From the NCBI RefSeq assembly GCF_030144855.1, contig NC_082716.1, forward strand, positions 43,586,001 to 43,650,000: a stretch of 64,000 bases of DNA, written 5' to 3'. The position numbers and the translations under genes are program-made. This DNA comes from Hypanus sabinus (taxonomy: Eukaryota). Positions within the stretch are counted from its first letter, which is position 1. Each line of letters starts with the position of its first letter. Positions 12,532-26,500 of the stretch are shown here, in pieces. The notes under the pieces are model-generated. The model made no database searches, had not been told where the DNA came from, and saw only the letters and a list, made by a program, of their open reading frames with translations.

Positions 12532-13190
12532 GGACCATTAGACACAGGAGCAGAATGAGCACAGGTCCAAAGCCATCAAATGCTCCTCAAACATTAACCC
12601 TTTCATTCCCAGGATAATTCTTGTGAACATCTTCTGGACCCTCCCCAATGCCAGCACATCCTTACTTAGATAAGAGGTCCAAGACTGATCACAGTACTCC
12701 AAGTGTGGTCTGACCAATGCTTTATAAAGCCTCAGCATCAAGTCCTTGCTTTTATGTTCTAGTCCTCTCAAAATGAATGCGAACATTGCATTTGCTTTCC
12801 CAACCACTGACTCAGCCTGCAAGTTAAACTTTAAGGAATCCCTGGTCTAGGATTCCCAAGTCCTTTTGCATCTCTGATTTCTGAATTTGCTCTCCATTTA
12901 GAAAATAGCCTAAGTTTTTATTTCTTCTACTGAAGTGCATGACCGTGCACTTTCCTACATTGTATTCCATCTGCTTCTTCTTTGCCCATTTTCCTAATCT
13001 GTTTAAATCCTTCTGCAGACCCCCTGCTTCCTCAATACTGCCAGTCCATCTATCTATCTTTGTATTGTCCGCAAATTTGCCCACAAACTTATCGATTCTG
13101 TCATCCAAGTCATTGACATTTGAAGTGAAAAGAGCAGTCCCACACCGACCTCTGCAGAAAATAACCAGCCACTGGCAGTCAACCAGAAAG
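12532..13190 (-). mobile_element. CR1-like LINE fragment
   Basis: KFADNTKI, LYKALVRPHLEYC. Confidence 0.85.
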
Positions 13191-13524
13191 CAAAGTGCAG
13201 TAAGAGTAGGTGGAGGATTAAATTAAGTAAGGATTAATGCTACGGCAGAGAATATAAAAGTGATGGTTGGTATTTTTATTCTACATATTATGCATTGAAA
13301 AGGGCATGTAAACCAGGCACCTACAGAAGCTGCTAGGGGATTTTATTTGTATTGATCCCAGTACTTCAAGGTAATGCAACTGATAAAAATGGCCAACATA
13401 AAATATGCACACTGACAGGCAATTTGTCAAGCTAAAGGGTGGAACGTCGACCCAGTGCCTGACTATGAGGTGACTTATCAACATCCTAAAAGCAAGGCAT
13501 TAAAAGGATTAAGAATAAAAACAT

Positions 13525-14285
13525 TTTAATAATAGTAAGTACTTTGTTGATCCTGAGTGGGAAATTCTTTCGTTACAGCAGCAACATTTAAAAAAAACAC
13601 TTAGCAATGTGCAGACTTAACTAATAATATACAGAATAATAAAATACACAATAATAATTTACCAATGTGCAATAATAATGTACAAAATAATAAAACAGAC
13701 TATTGTACTATGATGGCTGTTCTCCTGTCATACATGCTTACTGTATTTTGTGGGAAAGATTTTCTGTAACGATCGTTGTGACAGTGGAGCTGAATGAGTC
13801 TGTTCAAAAGGATGCTCCACTGCTTATTCAGTCAGTCATGGAGAGGATGTGTCTGATTGTCCATAATGGATAACAGTTTGTTTAGTGACCTCCTCTCCAC
13901 CACTAACTCAAGAGTCCAGGTTGTAACCAAGGACGGATCCAGCCTTTCTGATGAGTTTATTTAGTCTTTTTGTATCACCAGCACCGATGTTGCTCCCTCA
14001 GCATAAAGCTGCAAAAAAGACTGCATTCCCTATAGTAGACTGGTGAAAGATCTCCAACATCCAGCTGCACACATTGGAGGATCTCAGCTTCCTGAGAAAA
14101 TAGATTCTTTCATCCCCTTCTTGTAAACAGTCTTGGTGTTGGTTTCCAGTCAAGTTTGTTGTTGAGGTGAACACCCAGTATTTGTACTCCTCCACCACCA
14201 CAATTTCTTCTCCCAGAATGTATACAGGACTCATCACAGTCCTCTTCCTCCTAAAATCAATCGCCATCTCCCTGGTTTTAGCCAC
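13525..14285 (-). mobile_element. Rex1/Babar-type LINE 3' fragment
   Basis: KTREMAIDFRR, YFLRKLRS; (TAA)n-like tail. Confidence 0.75.
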
Positions 14286-15639
14286 AAATGTTTCTGTGCA
14301 GTATCTGTCATGGAAATTATAATGTATATGGAAAGTCCTTCACTTTGTAAAGGCTTCTAGTGATCTGGTCACATGCTATCGGTCAGCCTTCATTGAATAG
14401 CTTTGATCTCTTTAATTTTTGCTAGACATGGCTGTCTAGTTCCTGATTAATTGGAAGCATGCAGATGACCACAAATAAGAATCTTTTATTGGGTAAGGCA
14501 TGGAATTCTGATAATGGAATCTGAGATCAATCATCATCTTCTGTGCAAATTAGCTGCCTGCCCATTTTCGGCAGGCACATTGATTGCCAAATACAAATTA
14601 TCAAAAAATTCAGAATTTGTTGATAAGTCGACTTGAAAACTTGTGCAGTTTTGAGTCTGCCATTTCCACATTCTTCAGCAGAAGAAACAAATGTATTAAA
14701 ATAAACATAAGCACCTGTGTTTTATTTGAAAGGTAATGCTTGTGCATTCGTATACCCATATCAAATATAAGTTGTAAATGCGACAGAGCTTAGTTGTGAA
14801 GAACCACTAGTTGAATAGTCCATGTTGTAAACTCTTCACCTCTTCATCTAATGTTTCCTCACAACTGAAGAAGTTGGAGAATTGATGTTTTTAAATGCCC
14901 TGAAACATAACCTGATTTTTTTTTTGTTTGTTTCATAATGTGCTAATCACAATATCTTTTAAATATCTTCGTCTCAACTCTACCTTGTGGTTCTTCCTTA
15001 ATCTTAATCACTTTTGTGTAAGATTAATCAAGATGTGAGCACTATAATTCCAAATGCAGCAGGTAATTATTTTAAACAGTATTATAGCCCATGTTTTAGG
15101 TGGCCCTTTATATGCATTATTTGACAACTCTTCATCCTCGAGATTCCTGAGAATAAGTGCCATCCCAAGCTGATCATTGACTTGACAGTGGAATTCCCTT
15201 CAGTCATAGGAGATGAAAAGAAAAAGGTTAAAGCAGTGCAATACTTAGATGTATTTTCTTTTAAAAAAAAAGCAATTTTCTTTTACAAAATGCAAAACTA
15301 AATAATATACTTGAATTTCTGCAAAAAAACCTCAAGCCACCTCATTATTTCTTCCCAATGTAATTTGTCCTTTGGAGTTTACTGGAAAGCAGGAAATAGT
15401 GGCATTCATGTAAAAAACAATTTTTGGCAACAATGGTATATTTCAAAAGTAAGCTACAGAAAATACAGCTACTCTCAACTTCACCCGTATAATTTTTATG
15501 CATTGAAATATCAATTAGCATCTTCCTAGCAGCCCTTTTGAGGAAAGGTCTCCCCCGACTCCACCCCATGATTCCTGTTTTTGTACCACCTGCAGATCAC
15601 CAATCCTTGCATGTCTTTCTATGAATACTTGTCATGACC

Positions 15640-15955
15640 CCCAGTGTCTCAAAGCACTTCACTGTTAATGAAGTACTTTTGAAGTGTGACCACTAAATCA
15701 TGTATGCAGTGAGCTTCTCGTCAAATAAGATTGGTTTAAGGGATGAATATTAGGACACGGGGAGAGCTTGGCTGTGTTTTGTTAAGTGTCATCTGTCAAG
15801 TGAGACCATGCTGTAACACTTTCATCTGAAAAATGCTAATTCACAGTTTGCTGCATTGCATTATTAGACTAGAATACTTATTACAGATGGAACTCTGGAG
15901 TGCAACTTGAATGTAAGGCTGGGTTAATAATGTTACTGCTGATCAGGGCTAACAA
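15640..15955 (-). mobile_element. Ancient DeuSINE-like (AmnSINE1/SacSINE1-type) remnant
   Basis: caaagcacttcac..aatgaagtacttttgaagtgt, agggatgaatatt-aggacacggggaga and tcatctgaaa resemble the Deu-domain consensus as I recall it. Confidence 0.55.
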
Positions 15956-16507
15956 AATGAAAGTGGAACATTTCCTGTTATCTTTATATTGCACTTGTAA
16001 TGAACATCACTAGTTTTTGTTAAGTGTACGGTATAGACAACTTAGATAACAGTGCACAAAACCATAGAGCTATTGAGGTTACTGCTTCAGAGTAACCAAA
16101 TAATATAGCAAATATTATTTTTTCATAAATTATTGTCTCAGAACAAATTTCACACCATGAGCATTTTATAGCAAACTGGTTATTAATCACTCATTTTAAT
16201 TTTTTTAAAGTATAGTTGAGTGAAGATGTGATGGTTATTTAAAATTAGCTGTTGTTGTGGGGAGATATACCACAGATGGATTTAGCAGTTCATATACTCA
16301 TCACAGCGGGTGTTGGTGCAGTGGGGGGGGGGGGGGGAGAGAGGGGGGTGTGGTTCCTGAAGGAGAGAATTTGTTAAAAGATGGAAATAAAAATCCTGAG
16401 TGAGTCAACTTGTCCTCTTTAACAAAATGATGTGAAACAAATGGGCATAGAAATTAGCAAAGAAATTTCCAGATTTTTCACGATTGCTATGTTGAATTTT
16501 TTTGTAG

Positions 16508-16626
16508 GATTTCCAGCTATACCAGGAGTGGGAGGAACATCTGGAGACATTGGCATCACTGGGGCACTTCAAGCTGCTTCCAGACTAGCTACTGCTGAAG
16601 CTGAGATGGAGGAGGACGATGGCGAG
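16508..16626 (+). CDS. CC2D1B: CC2D1B exon: (G)FPAIPGVGGTSGDIGITGALQAASRLATAEAEMEEDDGE
   Basis: tttgtag acceptor, GAG|gtacta donor; completes the LPVPPGFP motif. Confidence 0.92.
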
Positions 16627-17574
16627 GTACTAGATATAATGAAACCCATAAACCTTAACTGATTCAGTTTTCTTGTTTCTCAAAGAAAGGTGTGGTGCTT
16701 ATTATCCTCTAATATTCTTTGAAAGTAACTGTTCCTTAGATGGCCAAGATATTTCATTGAAAATTGGAATGGTTTAAGATTAATTTTTGCTGAGCACCTA
16801 TTCCATCCAGAAAAATAAAGCACATGCAGACAAGCATGCTATTTATGTATTAATGTCCTTATTTTTTGTCATGTCATGTTGGGAAATTGGAGGCTGGCAT
16901 TTCTGGATCAAGGTAGCAGAATGAGTGTAAAAGAGGCAAATCATGGGAAGCAATCTCAGCACAGGACATTGAAAGAATCATTCAGTGAAGAAGGGTGGGA
17001 GAAAGTATTACGTGGGTATTTGGAAAGGTCATCTTGTGAAGGTGAGGAGGTGAATAACTTCTCTAATATTGAAGTTCTGGTGCTTTAAAAAATTTTATTA
17101 TTTTCTTGGGTTTCAGATTTTACAGATATCAAGATGATATTGCTATTCTAGTTTTGATATTCTCAATTTAAAGAGGAAACCAAGCATTGCATTTCTTTTA
17201 CCAGTTTCTCCAATTCTGAACTGTCATATTTCTCCTTGGGATAAGCCCATATATTATTTCCAGTGTTAGCAAAGATGAATATTAAAAATATAAATGCACC
17301 ACACACTGGTCTAGCAGAGATAAGACTGGAGTCTTCCCTGCACTCTGCCTACAGTAAGTGAGTAAGATGGAAACAATTGGCTGGGAAGTTCTGACCAACC
17401 AATTTGTAACAAATGACATAAAGCCAGAATTCCTTCTTCTTCAATGAAAAGCCTCTATTTGAGTGTGAGAGATTACAGCAGCTTTAATGTAGAAATTGAC
17501 ACAAGCATCCTTTACTGACCTCTTCCTGACCAGACCTTGCTGCGAGCTAAGCCCTGTGTTAGAATTGCAAGTAG

Positions 17575-18833
17575 TCAATCCAGGAGGGCTGTGTGCCGAG
17601 CCCTATGCTTTACACACTCTTCACACATGACTGCATCCCCATCTACACCTCTAATTCCATAATTAAATTTGCGGACAATACCACAGTGGTTGTCCTGATC
17701 TCGGACGAGAATGAAACAGCCTACATGCTCGAGGCGGATCATCTGACGGAGTGGTGTAAGGACAACCACCTGGTCCTTAACACTTCTAAAACAAGAGAGA
17801 TGATCACTGACTTCAGGAGATCAAAGGACAGAGTACACCTCCCCCCTCCATATGCATGGAGAGGTAGTGGAAAGTGTGGAAAACCTAAAGTTCCTTGGAG
17901 TTGTGTTGTCAAAACAGCTGACATGGACCACCAACACCTCGCTGACATGGACCACCAACACCTCGCTGACATGGATCACCAACACCTCGCTGACATGGAC
18001 CACCAGCACCTCGCTGACGTGGACCACCAACACCTCGCTGACGTGGACCACCAACACCTCGCTGACGTGGACCACCAACACCTCGCTGACGTGGACCACC
18101 AACACCTCGCTGACGTGGACCACCAACACCTCGCTGACGTGGACCACCAACACCTCGCTGACGTGGACCACCAACACCTCGCTGCTTGTAAAAAGAGACA
18201 CAACAAAGACTCCTCTTCCTCAGAAAGCTGAAACAGGCCAAACTCCCACAAAAGCTGTTGCTTAACTTCTACAGAAGCACAACTGAAACCATCCTGACCG
18301 ACAGCACCACAGTGTGGTATGCCTGCTGCACAGCCACTGAGCGACAAGATCTGCATCGCGTGGTGAAGGCGGCCCAGCGAATTATCAGGATGGAGCTCCT
18401 AGGACTGGACACCATCTATTCCAGCAGGAGGAAAGCAATCAGCATAACCAGAGACTCCACACACCCCGGCCACTCCCTGTTTCACTGTTGCCATCCAGCA
18501 AAAGGTTCAGGACACTTAAAACCAAAACAAATAGACTGAGGAACAGCTTCTACTCCAGAGCTGTAGCCCCCATCACACCACTCCCACAGAACAATGACTG
18601 AAACTGTGAGCACACACAAGGACTCAAATACTTACACTAATGGCACTTTGTGCATTACTGTGACATTCTGATGCTGCTGCAACTTATTTTCTGCTACTTT
18701 TCTATTTAATACTATTTTTCTATTACTGTCTTGTTTTTATCTACCACTTTGTTTGATTGCCTGAGAGAAAGCCAAACAGAGTTTCATCGTACCTACGTAT
18801 AACGACAATAAAGATCATTCAATTCAATTCAAT
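17575..18833 (+). mobile_element. Rex1/Babar-type LINE, 5'-truncated, containing a minisatellite
   Basis: SPMLYTLFTHDC, IIKFADNTTVV, KTREMITDFRR; tail aataaag..(ttcaa)n. Confidence 0.85.
17917..18180 (+). repeat. 24-bp tandem repeat x11, GCTGAC(A/G)TGGACCACCAACACCTC
   Basis: 264 bp = 11 head-to-tail units with no spacers. Confidence 0.97.
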
Positions 18834-19214
18834 CCACCAATGATCAATCTCACAAGAAGCAACTCCGTGTGACCGATTGGATTGCAACTCCTCTAGTCGA
18901 TCACTGATGCTGCCTTTTGGGGAGTGACTAGTTCCACCACCCTTGATTGACTACAGATCCTCAGTCTGAGCTGACTGTGGGGCCAAGTCAGATCTCAGGG
19001 TCTGATTACGACAAATACGTTGTTGCTAACAAGCAGGTATTTCCACACAACCAGATTGAGAATGGAGTTTTCAAAGTACTGGAAACGGGAACAATATTAC
19101 CCTTTTCATCTAGTTCCACATTGCTCAAGATTCCTTTTTAACCTTAAGGTAGGAAAGGCTCCTTTAAAGTTCTTACTTGAGTTTTCATTATCTGTCTATC
19201 ATCTATTACAGTTA

Positions 19215-19998
19215 TTGGATTTACTGAGTATGCCTACAAGAAAATAAATTTCAGGGTTGTATATGGTGACATAGATGTACTTTGAAAATAAAGAAGTGGA
19301 TAATCAAAAGTGGAGAGAGTGAGCAATTTCAAGTTCCTGGGTGGTAAGATCTCTAAGAAACTAACCTGGACACAACATGTCAATGCAGCTATAAAGAAGT
19401 TAAGACAGTGGCTACATTTCATTTGGAGTTTAAAAAGATTTGGTTTGTCAACCAAAGCGCTTGAAAACTTCTACAAGTATACCATGGAGAGCATTCTGAC
19501 TGGCTGTATCACAATCTGGTATGGGGCGGGGAGTGGAGGGGGCGCTACTGTACAAGATCAAAGTAAGTTGCAGAAAATTGTAAAATTGATCAGCTCCATC
19601 ATGGGTACCAACCTCCTTAGTATCCAAGACGTCTTCAAGGAGCGGTGCCTTAGAAAGGTGGCATTCATCATTAAGGATCCCCACCACCCAAGACTTGTCA
19701 ATTTCTCATTGTTACTATCTGGTAGGAGGTACAGAAGCCTGAAGGCACACACTCAATGATTCAGGAAGAGCTTCTTTCCCTTTGCCATCCTATTTCTAAA
19801 TGAACATTGAACTCGTGAATGCTAACTTATTATTTTTAAATTTTTTTTGCACTACTTATGTTTAACTTAACCATTTAATAGACATACTTACTGAAATTCA
19901 ATATTTTTCCTCTATATTTATCATTGTACTGTTTAATGAAATTTACAACATATGCCGGTGATATTAAACCTAATTCTGAAATTTACTTTGAACTTTGA
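19215..19998 (+). mobile_element. Rex1/Babar-type 3' fragment (19293-19979) nested in the tail of another element
   Basis: FKFLG, MESILTGCITIWYG, IIKDPHHP; host tail gtactttgaaaataaa resumes as atttactttgaactttga. Confidence 0.7.
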
Positions 19999-20066
19999 GG
20001 TTCCAGTATGCCCTCAGTGCTTTATGCTGCCCATTTGGTCCTTGAATTCAGCTGTATAAGAAGAAT

Positions 20067-22737
20067 TTGAATTTGAAAGATTACTTTCTCCATATCTTTT
20101 GGAAATGTTTCATGAATCCTTTGAGAAGGGTAATTTACCTTCTTTTTATGAAGCATCTATTTCCTTAATTCTTAAAAAAGATAAAGACCCTGTTGAATGT
20201 TCATCATATAGACCTATTTTGCTATTAAATGTGGATGCAAAAATCTTTCTAAAATAATGGCTAACCACTTGGAAAATGTTTTGATTAAAATTATCTCTAT
20301 GGACCAGATGGGCTTTATTAAAGGCCGTTACTCTTTCTCTAATGTTCGGAGATTGATGAACATTATTTATTCACCATTATCTAAGCAACCTCAATGTGTT
20401 ATCTCTCTTGATGCAGAAAAGGCATTCGATATAGTTGAGTGGCCATACTTGTTCAAAGTATTAGAAAAATTTGGTTTTGGTAATAATTTTAATAGATGGA
20501 TTCAAATGATTTTTAAGAACCCTATTGCCACGGTCATTACTAACAATTATAGGTCTTTCTTTTCACTTTCTCATGGTACTAGACAGGGAGGTCCATTAAG
20601 CCCTTTATTATTTAATCTTGTATTGGAGCCTTTAGCTATAACATTACGGGAGGCCAAAAACATTCATGGTATTTCTATAAATGGAACCGTACATAATATT
20701 TCTCTTTATGCAGATGATCTTTTGATTTTTATTTTGGATCTTGAGGAATCAATTCCTAATCTTTTGGAAACACTTAAAGATTTTGGAAAATTTTCAGAAT
20801 ATAAACTTAATTTGAATAGAAGTGAATTGTTTCCATTAAATGCTCCTGGTAGTACATATAATGATATTTCTTTTAGAATTGTTAATACATTTAGATATTT
20901 AGGTATTATAATTACTAAAAAAATATAAAGATCTTTACAAAGCTAATATAGTTCCTTTAGTAGACTCCATGAAATTACTATTTTCTAGATGGAATCAACT
21001 TACTCTTTCTTTAATAAGTCGCATCTATGCTGTGAAAATGATGATTTTACCTAGATTTTTATATATTTTCCAAAATGTACCTATCTTTTTAACTAAAATT
21101 TTTTTGATCAAATTGACTCTCTTATTTCTTCCTTTATTTGGAACAATAAGAGACCAAGAATTAACAAGTACCATTTACAAAAACCCAAAAAAGATAGTGG
21201 ATTTACACTTCCTAATTTAAGACTATTATTGGGCTGTAAATATTAGAGAATTATGTTTTTGGTTATACTGTCTCGATAAGAGCCAAAAACCACTTTGGGT
21301 TGATTTGGAATTAAAAGCTATAAAACAATTTCATTTAACTTCTATATTAGGAGCTCCACTACCTTTACAGCTCTCCAAAATTCCAAATTTAAATTTTTAC
21401 CCGGTTATTAAACAATCTTCACGGATTTGGATTCAGTTTCGTAATTTTTAAAATTTTAAACAATTTAAGTTGTTTAGTTTTTTATATCGAAACTTTTCAT
21501 TTAAACCTTCAATAACCAACCCCATTTTTCTCCTATGGAAAAATAAAGGGATCATTTTTTTTACAAATTAATTTTATAATGGTCAATTGATGACTTTTGA
21601 AGAGTTAATTAATAAATACTCTCTTGCTCATACACATTTTTTGCAATATTTTCAGGTTAGACATTTTTTACAACAATATTTACCTAAGTTTCCATATTTA
21701 CAAGAATCTGATTTGTTGGATTCCATTTTGAAATTGAATCCCTTATTGAAAGGTTCCATTAGCAGAATTTATAATTTACTCTTGTTACAAAAAGAGAACC
21801 TATCACTAAAGATTAAACAATGAGAGAGAACTTAATATATATAAACTTAATGGGAGAGAGAACCTAATATGACCTTTGTGAATGAAGATTGGGTTGGAAT
21901 TTTGAAAAATGTAAATTCTTCTTCGATATGTGCCAATCACTGTCTAATTCAATTTCAAATTGTCCATCGTTATTATTTAACAAAGGAGAGACTATCTAAA
22001 ATACTTTCTAGTGTAGATAATCATCTTGATAGATGTAAAACTGAAGTAGCTACTTTGTTCTGGTCATGTTCTTCATTAAAACTGTTTTGGAAATCTTTAT
22101 TTTCTACAATCTCTAAAGCTTTGAAAATTAACTTACAACCTAATAGATTAACAGTTCAATTTGGAATAGTTCCACATCATATTCAGGGTATTTCATCTTC
22201 AGATCAACATGTAATTGCATTTATTATATTGTTGGCAAGAAGGACTATTTTACTAAAATGGAAAGATATCTCTTTCCCTACATTAATTGAATGGTTTTCT
22301 CAAGAAATGTTATGTCTCAGCTTGGAAAAAATTAGAAGTAGAACTTTTGAACCTCAATTTGATTTTGAGAGAAAGTGGGGTTCTTTTGCCAAATATTACC
22401 ATTTAATTTGAATTATTCTATATGGTTTCCTTCCAATTTTGTTATCTTTTTAAAAAAAAATGTGAATTGGCAGTTGATGAATTTTTTCTATATATCTAGA
22501 TGATATTGCTTCCGGGGGTTGTTTCCTAATGGTTTTATTTTTGTAGTTAATGGGTTTTTTTTTCTTAGTTAGATAGGGTTCTTTTTTTTCCTTTTTTCTA
22601 AATATAATTTTTTTTTCATTTTTATATATTATGTTTTTCTTCATCTCTATTAATTGTATACATACTAATTTGTTGAAATTTTGTATTCTATAGTTGTAGA
22701 AGATTATGTATTAATAAAAAGATTCTAAAAATGAAAA
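20067..22737 (+). mobile_element. 5'-truncated L1 (second, AT-rich subfamily)
   Basis: ISLDAEKAFD, GTRQGGPLSP, LYADD; AATAAA plus A-rich tail; TSD AAGAAGAAT at 20058-20066 and 22738-22746. Confidence 0.9.
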
Positions 22738-22749
22738 AAGAAGAATCTC

Positions 22750-23240
22750 ATTCAAGTTAGTTTATTGCCATTCAACCATGTACATGTATACAGCTAAACA
22801 AATCAGCGTACCTCAGGAGTCAGGGTGTAAATCACAGTACATACAACACATAAAATAATATTAACACAGATTAAAAGAAAGTATTCTGTAGAGGTACTAA
22901 CTGACAAAGTGCAAGTGCCACATAGTATTCCTGCTATTGACACTGTCATAAATACTGTGTACAGGGTGTTCAGAAGTTTCACGTGTTGGGGGAAGGAGGC
23001 ATTACCCAGCCTAACAGCCCTCGTTCCTGCACTTCAGTACCTACCGCTCAAAGGGGTTGTGGGATGAATGGGGGAGGGTCTTTAACAATGCTGAGGGCTC
23101 TGCAAATGCAGCACTTCTGGTGTATGTCCTGGATGGGTGGGGTTGTGGGGGGACGAGGGAGAGACCCTGATGATTCTCTTAGCAATCCTCACAATTCTGT
23201 GGTTAGATGCCTTGAAAATTCCATACCAGACAGTGATATA
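22750..23240 (-). mobile_element. Rex1/Babar-like 3' end remnant
   Basis: Similar to 30807-31330 (tttattg tail; gagaccctgatgat). Confidence 0.5.
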
Positions 23241-23572
23241 GCTAGAAAAGAGTTAGAGGAGATTACTTGATTTATGCCTAATTTAAGAGATTTAAAAGTT
23301 GTTAATATAGTGTTAGGCTATGGTTCTTTCAGTCAAACTAGTTTCACATGAGTATATATAATTTCAGTACTGTTAGTGGGTTATTTGAGGTAGGATATGC
23401 AAAAAATGTCAGTTTTGTCAACCATAAGTCCTGAGAATAAAGCAGCTTAGTTAACTGGAGGAAGCACCTAGTTCTAGAATTTCTTTTTGATCCCTAGACT
23501 TGATTGCCTGTCAATGCATTAAGTGTAGATTTTGTGCAGAATTTTAAATTGTTCTCTTGAGAATTATTTTGC

Positions 23573-26500
23573 TTTTTTTTTTGGTAATTTTTTACTGAAG
23601 TTCATCATCAAACATTTCCATAGGATGTATTTCAGATATTGTACATATATATCATATAGTCAGAAATGCCATAAATCTCCACATAATATTTATCTGAGAT
23701 ATACACTTATAGAAAAGAGAGGAAAGAAAGAACAAGCAAAAGAAGAAGACTATGTATAAGTAGGGAGTGATTTTTTTACAACATATTCATTGATTTGTGA
23801 GGATAAGGTAAGGCATGAGGTGTTATGTAGTTAAACCAATTTTCCCAGTATGAATCAAATTGTTCCAACTTATGATTAACAGATAATATTATCTTCTCCA
23901 TTTTGTAAATGTCCATTGTAATTTCCATCCATGCATTTAAGGTTGGGCTCTCCTGTGATAACCATTTCCTGGTAAGAGTCTTTTTACCAGCCACCAGCAG
24001 TATATTCATTAACTATTTATCTCTTTTCAACCATTCTTGAGATATATACCCAAAATATATGGTCTTACTTTCTAAGGGTATTTCACATTTAAAGATGTTT
24101 TGTAGGGCATTGTGTATCCCACTCCAATAGTCTTTGATAATGGGGCATTCCCAGAGAATATGATAATAGTTTGCATTTTGATTTCCACAATTTCCCCAGC
24201 AAACAGGGAGGTTACTATCATAGTGGGATTTCTGAGAAAGTGTAATAAAATATCTGATGAAGTTTTTCCATCCAAACTCCCTCCATTTCTGTGAACTGGT
24301 ACACTTACATTGATATCTCCATATTATTGTCCTTTCTTCCTCAGATATAATTATCCTTCCTTCCTTCTACCATTTTGTTTTAATGTATGAAGTTGAATGT
24401 GTTTTAAGATTTGACAAACCCTTATACATGCTTGAAATGATTCTACTACTGTTACCTGAATTATATGCTTTTCTAAATAGCTCTATCAAACATGTTCTTG
24501 CCTTGGTTACGTTTTTAACCGTCCTATTAACATATAGTCGCATCTGTAAATACCGATAAAAGTCTTGTTTTTCTAATAAGCGTTTCTCTTTAAGCATTTT
24601 AAAATTGAACAGTGTTCCTTTTATTATATTGCAAAAAACTGTTATTCCGTTAGCTATCTAGCCCTTAAATCTGGCATCCAGTTTATTCGGCGTATAATCC
24701 GAGTCATATGCACACCATTTAAGAATTGCCATATCTCCCTCTAGTTTATATTCTTTTATAGTAGTTTTCCATATTTTAAGAGTCCATTTCATCTATGGGT
24801 TATCAATAGTATTTACATAGGGTGTTATCAGCCAAAATTGCCTGTATGGGGATGGGATGTATCCCCTCCTCAATGTTTTTCCATTGAGCGTCATATGATG
24901 GGTTGCACCAACATATCACAGCTCTCAACTGTGCTGCAAAATAATAATCTCTAAGAGAAGGTAGGCCTCATTCCCCCCTTTTCCTTGGCTAATTGCAAAG
25001 TTTTGGAATGAACTCTAGGCCTTTTACCTTGACATATATATCTTAATAAGCTTTTGTTCCATTCATTGAATTGATTTTGATTAATTTCTACTGGTAGGGT
25101 CTGAAAGAGATATAATAGTCTATTCATTTTAATAGATTCAATCCTTGAACTGAGACTGAAAAAAGGAATCAGGTTCCACCTTGTTATATCTTCCTTAATT
25201 TTTTTATATATAGGCTGATAATTGCATTCTGATAATTTTGCCAAATGTTTTGGCATAATGATGCCCAAGTATTTGAAAGACTCTGTTTGTCATGCCCAGG
25301 GATATCTACTTTCAATTTCTCTTGGTGGGCTATAGTTATATGAAAGTAATTGGGTTTTATCTATGTTGATCTTGTATCCTGATAATTGACCATGTTGTTC
25401 AAAGGATTGCATCAATTTAGATAAAGAGTATGTTGGTTGCCCTAGATAGATCAAAATGTCATCCGCGTAACAGGCCAATTTATGCTCTGTCCCTTTAATT
25501 CCCCTGATATCTTCATTTTGTCTGATGTATTGAGCTAATGGTTCCAGATATAATGTGAAGAGTAGCGGTGTCCATGCACAGCCCTGTCTCGTGCCCCTTT
25601 CTAGGGGAAACTATTTGATAAATATCCATTGATTTTAATCCTAGCAGTAGGGTTGCCATATAGTGCCTGTATAGTTTTAATAATTGTGTCATGGAAACCA
25701 AATCTATGTAAAACTCTGTAAAGAAAATTCCAATTAACCGTATCAATTGCCTTTTCAGCGTCCACGCTTATCACTATTGCTTCGATTTTACTTTTTTGTA
25801 TATGATCCATAATGTGAAGTTGCCTTTGTATATTGTCTTGTGTTTGGCATTGTTGTATAAAACCTGACTGATCCTAATGTATCAATTTGGGTAAAAACTC
25901 TTCTAATCATTTGGCCATGATGGAGGTAAATAATCTATAATTAATAATAAATAATCTATAATTTATAATATAAATTTGTAGAAGTTTTATATTTATTTAA
26001 TGATTTTTGAATTGTATTATAAATATCTGTTAAATTTTACACATTTTTATATATGGATTACCACTTGTTGAAATAGGAGAAGCATTTTTTAAATGTTTTT
26101 TTGTGTGTGTTGTTTGTTGTGTTAGTACAGCAATTTATGTATTTTCTGAACAATATAAGAAAGTATAGGAAGGTAAAGGCTGTATTATGTGGTATTAAAA
26201 TGCAAATAAACATACTGTGGCAAAAAATTTATAATCTACATTAAGAACGAATATTGGTCTAATTGACCCACATTCCATTTTATCCTTGCCTTCTTTCGGT
26301 ATAGCTGAGATTATCATGTCCTTCCAGCTGGGTGGCATTTGTGCCTTTTTTAGAGCCCAGTTCAGTGTGGGGAGTAAGACAGGAATTAATTCATTTTAAA
26401 ATTCTTTGTACCACTCTGCCGTATACCCATCTGACCCTGGTGACTTGCTTAATTTAAGCCTTCTCATTACAGCTTTTAGTTCAACTTCAGTTACGTCAGC

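Noticed and set aside
16322-16350. G-run as a functional G-quadruplex
   Set aside because: Simple homopolymer, error-prone in assembly, with no other support
17917-18180. CRISPR-like array or repeat-protein gene
   Set aside because: No spacers, no cas genes, vertebrate context; the overlapping ORFs are products of a stop-poor 24-bp unit
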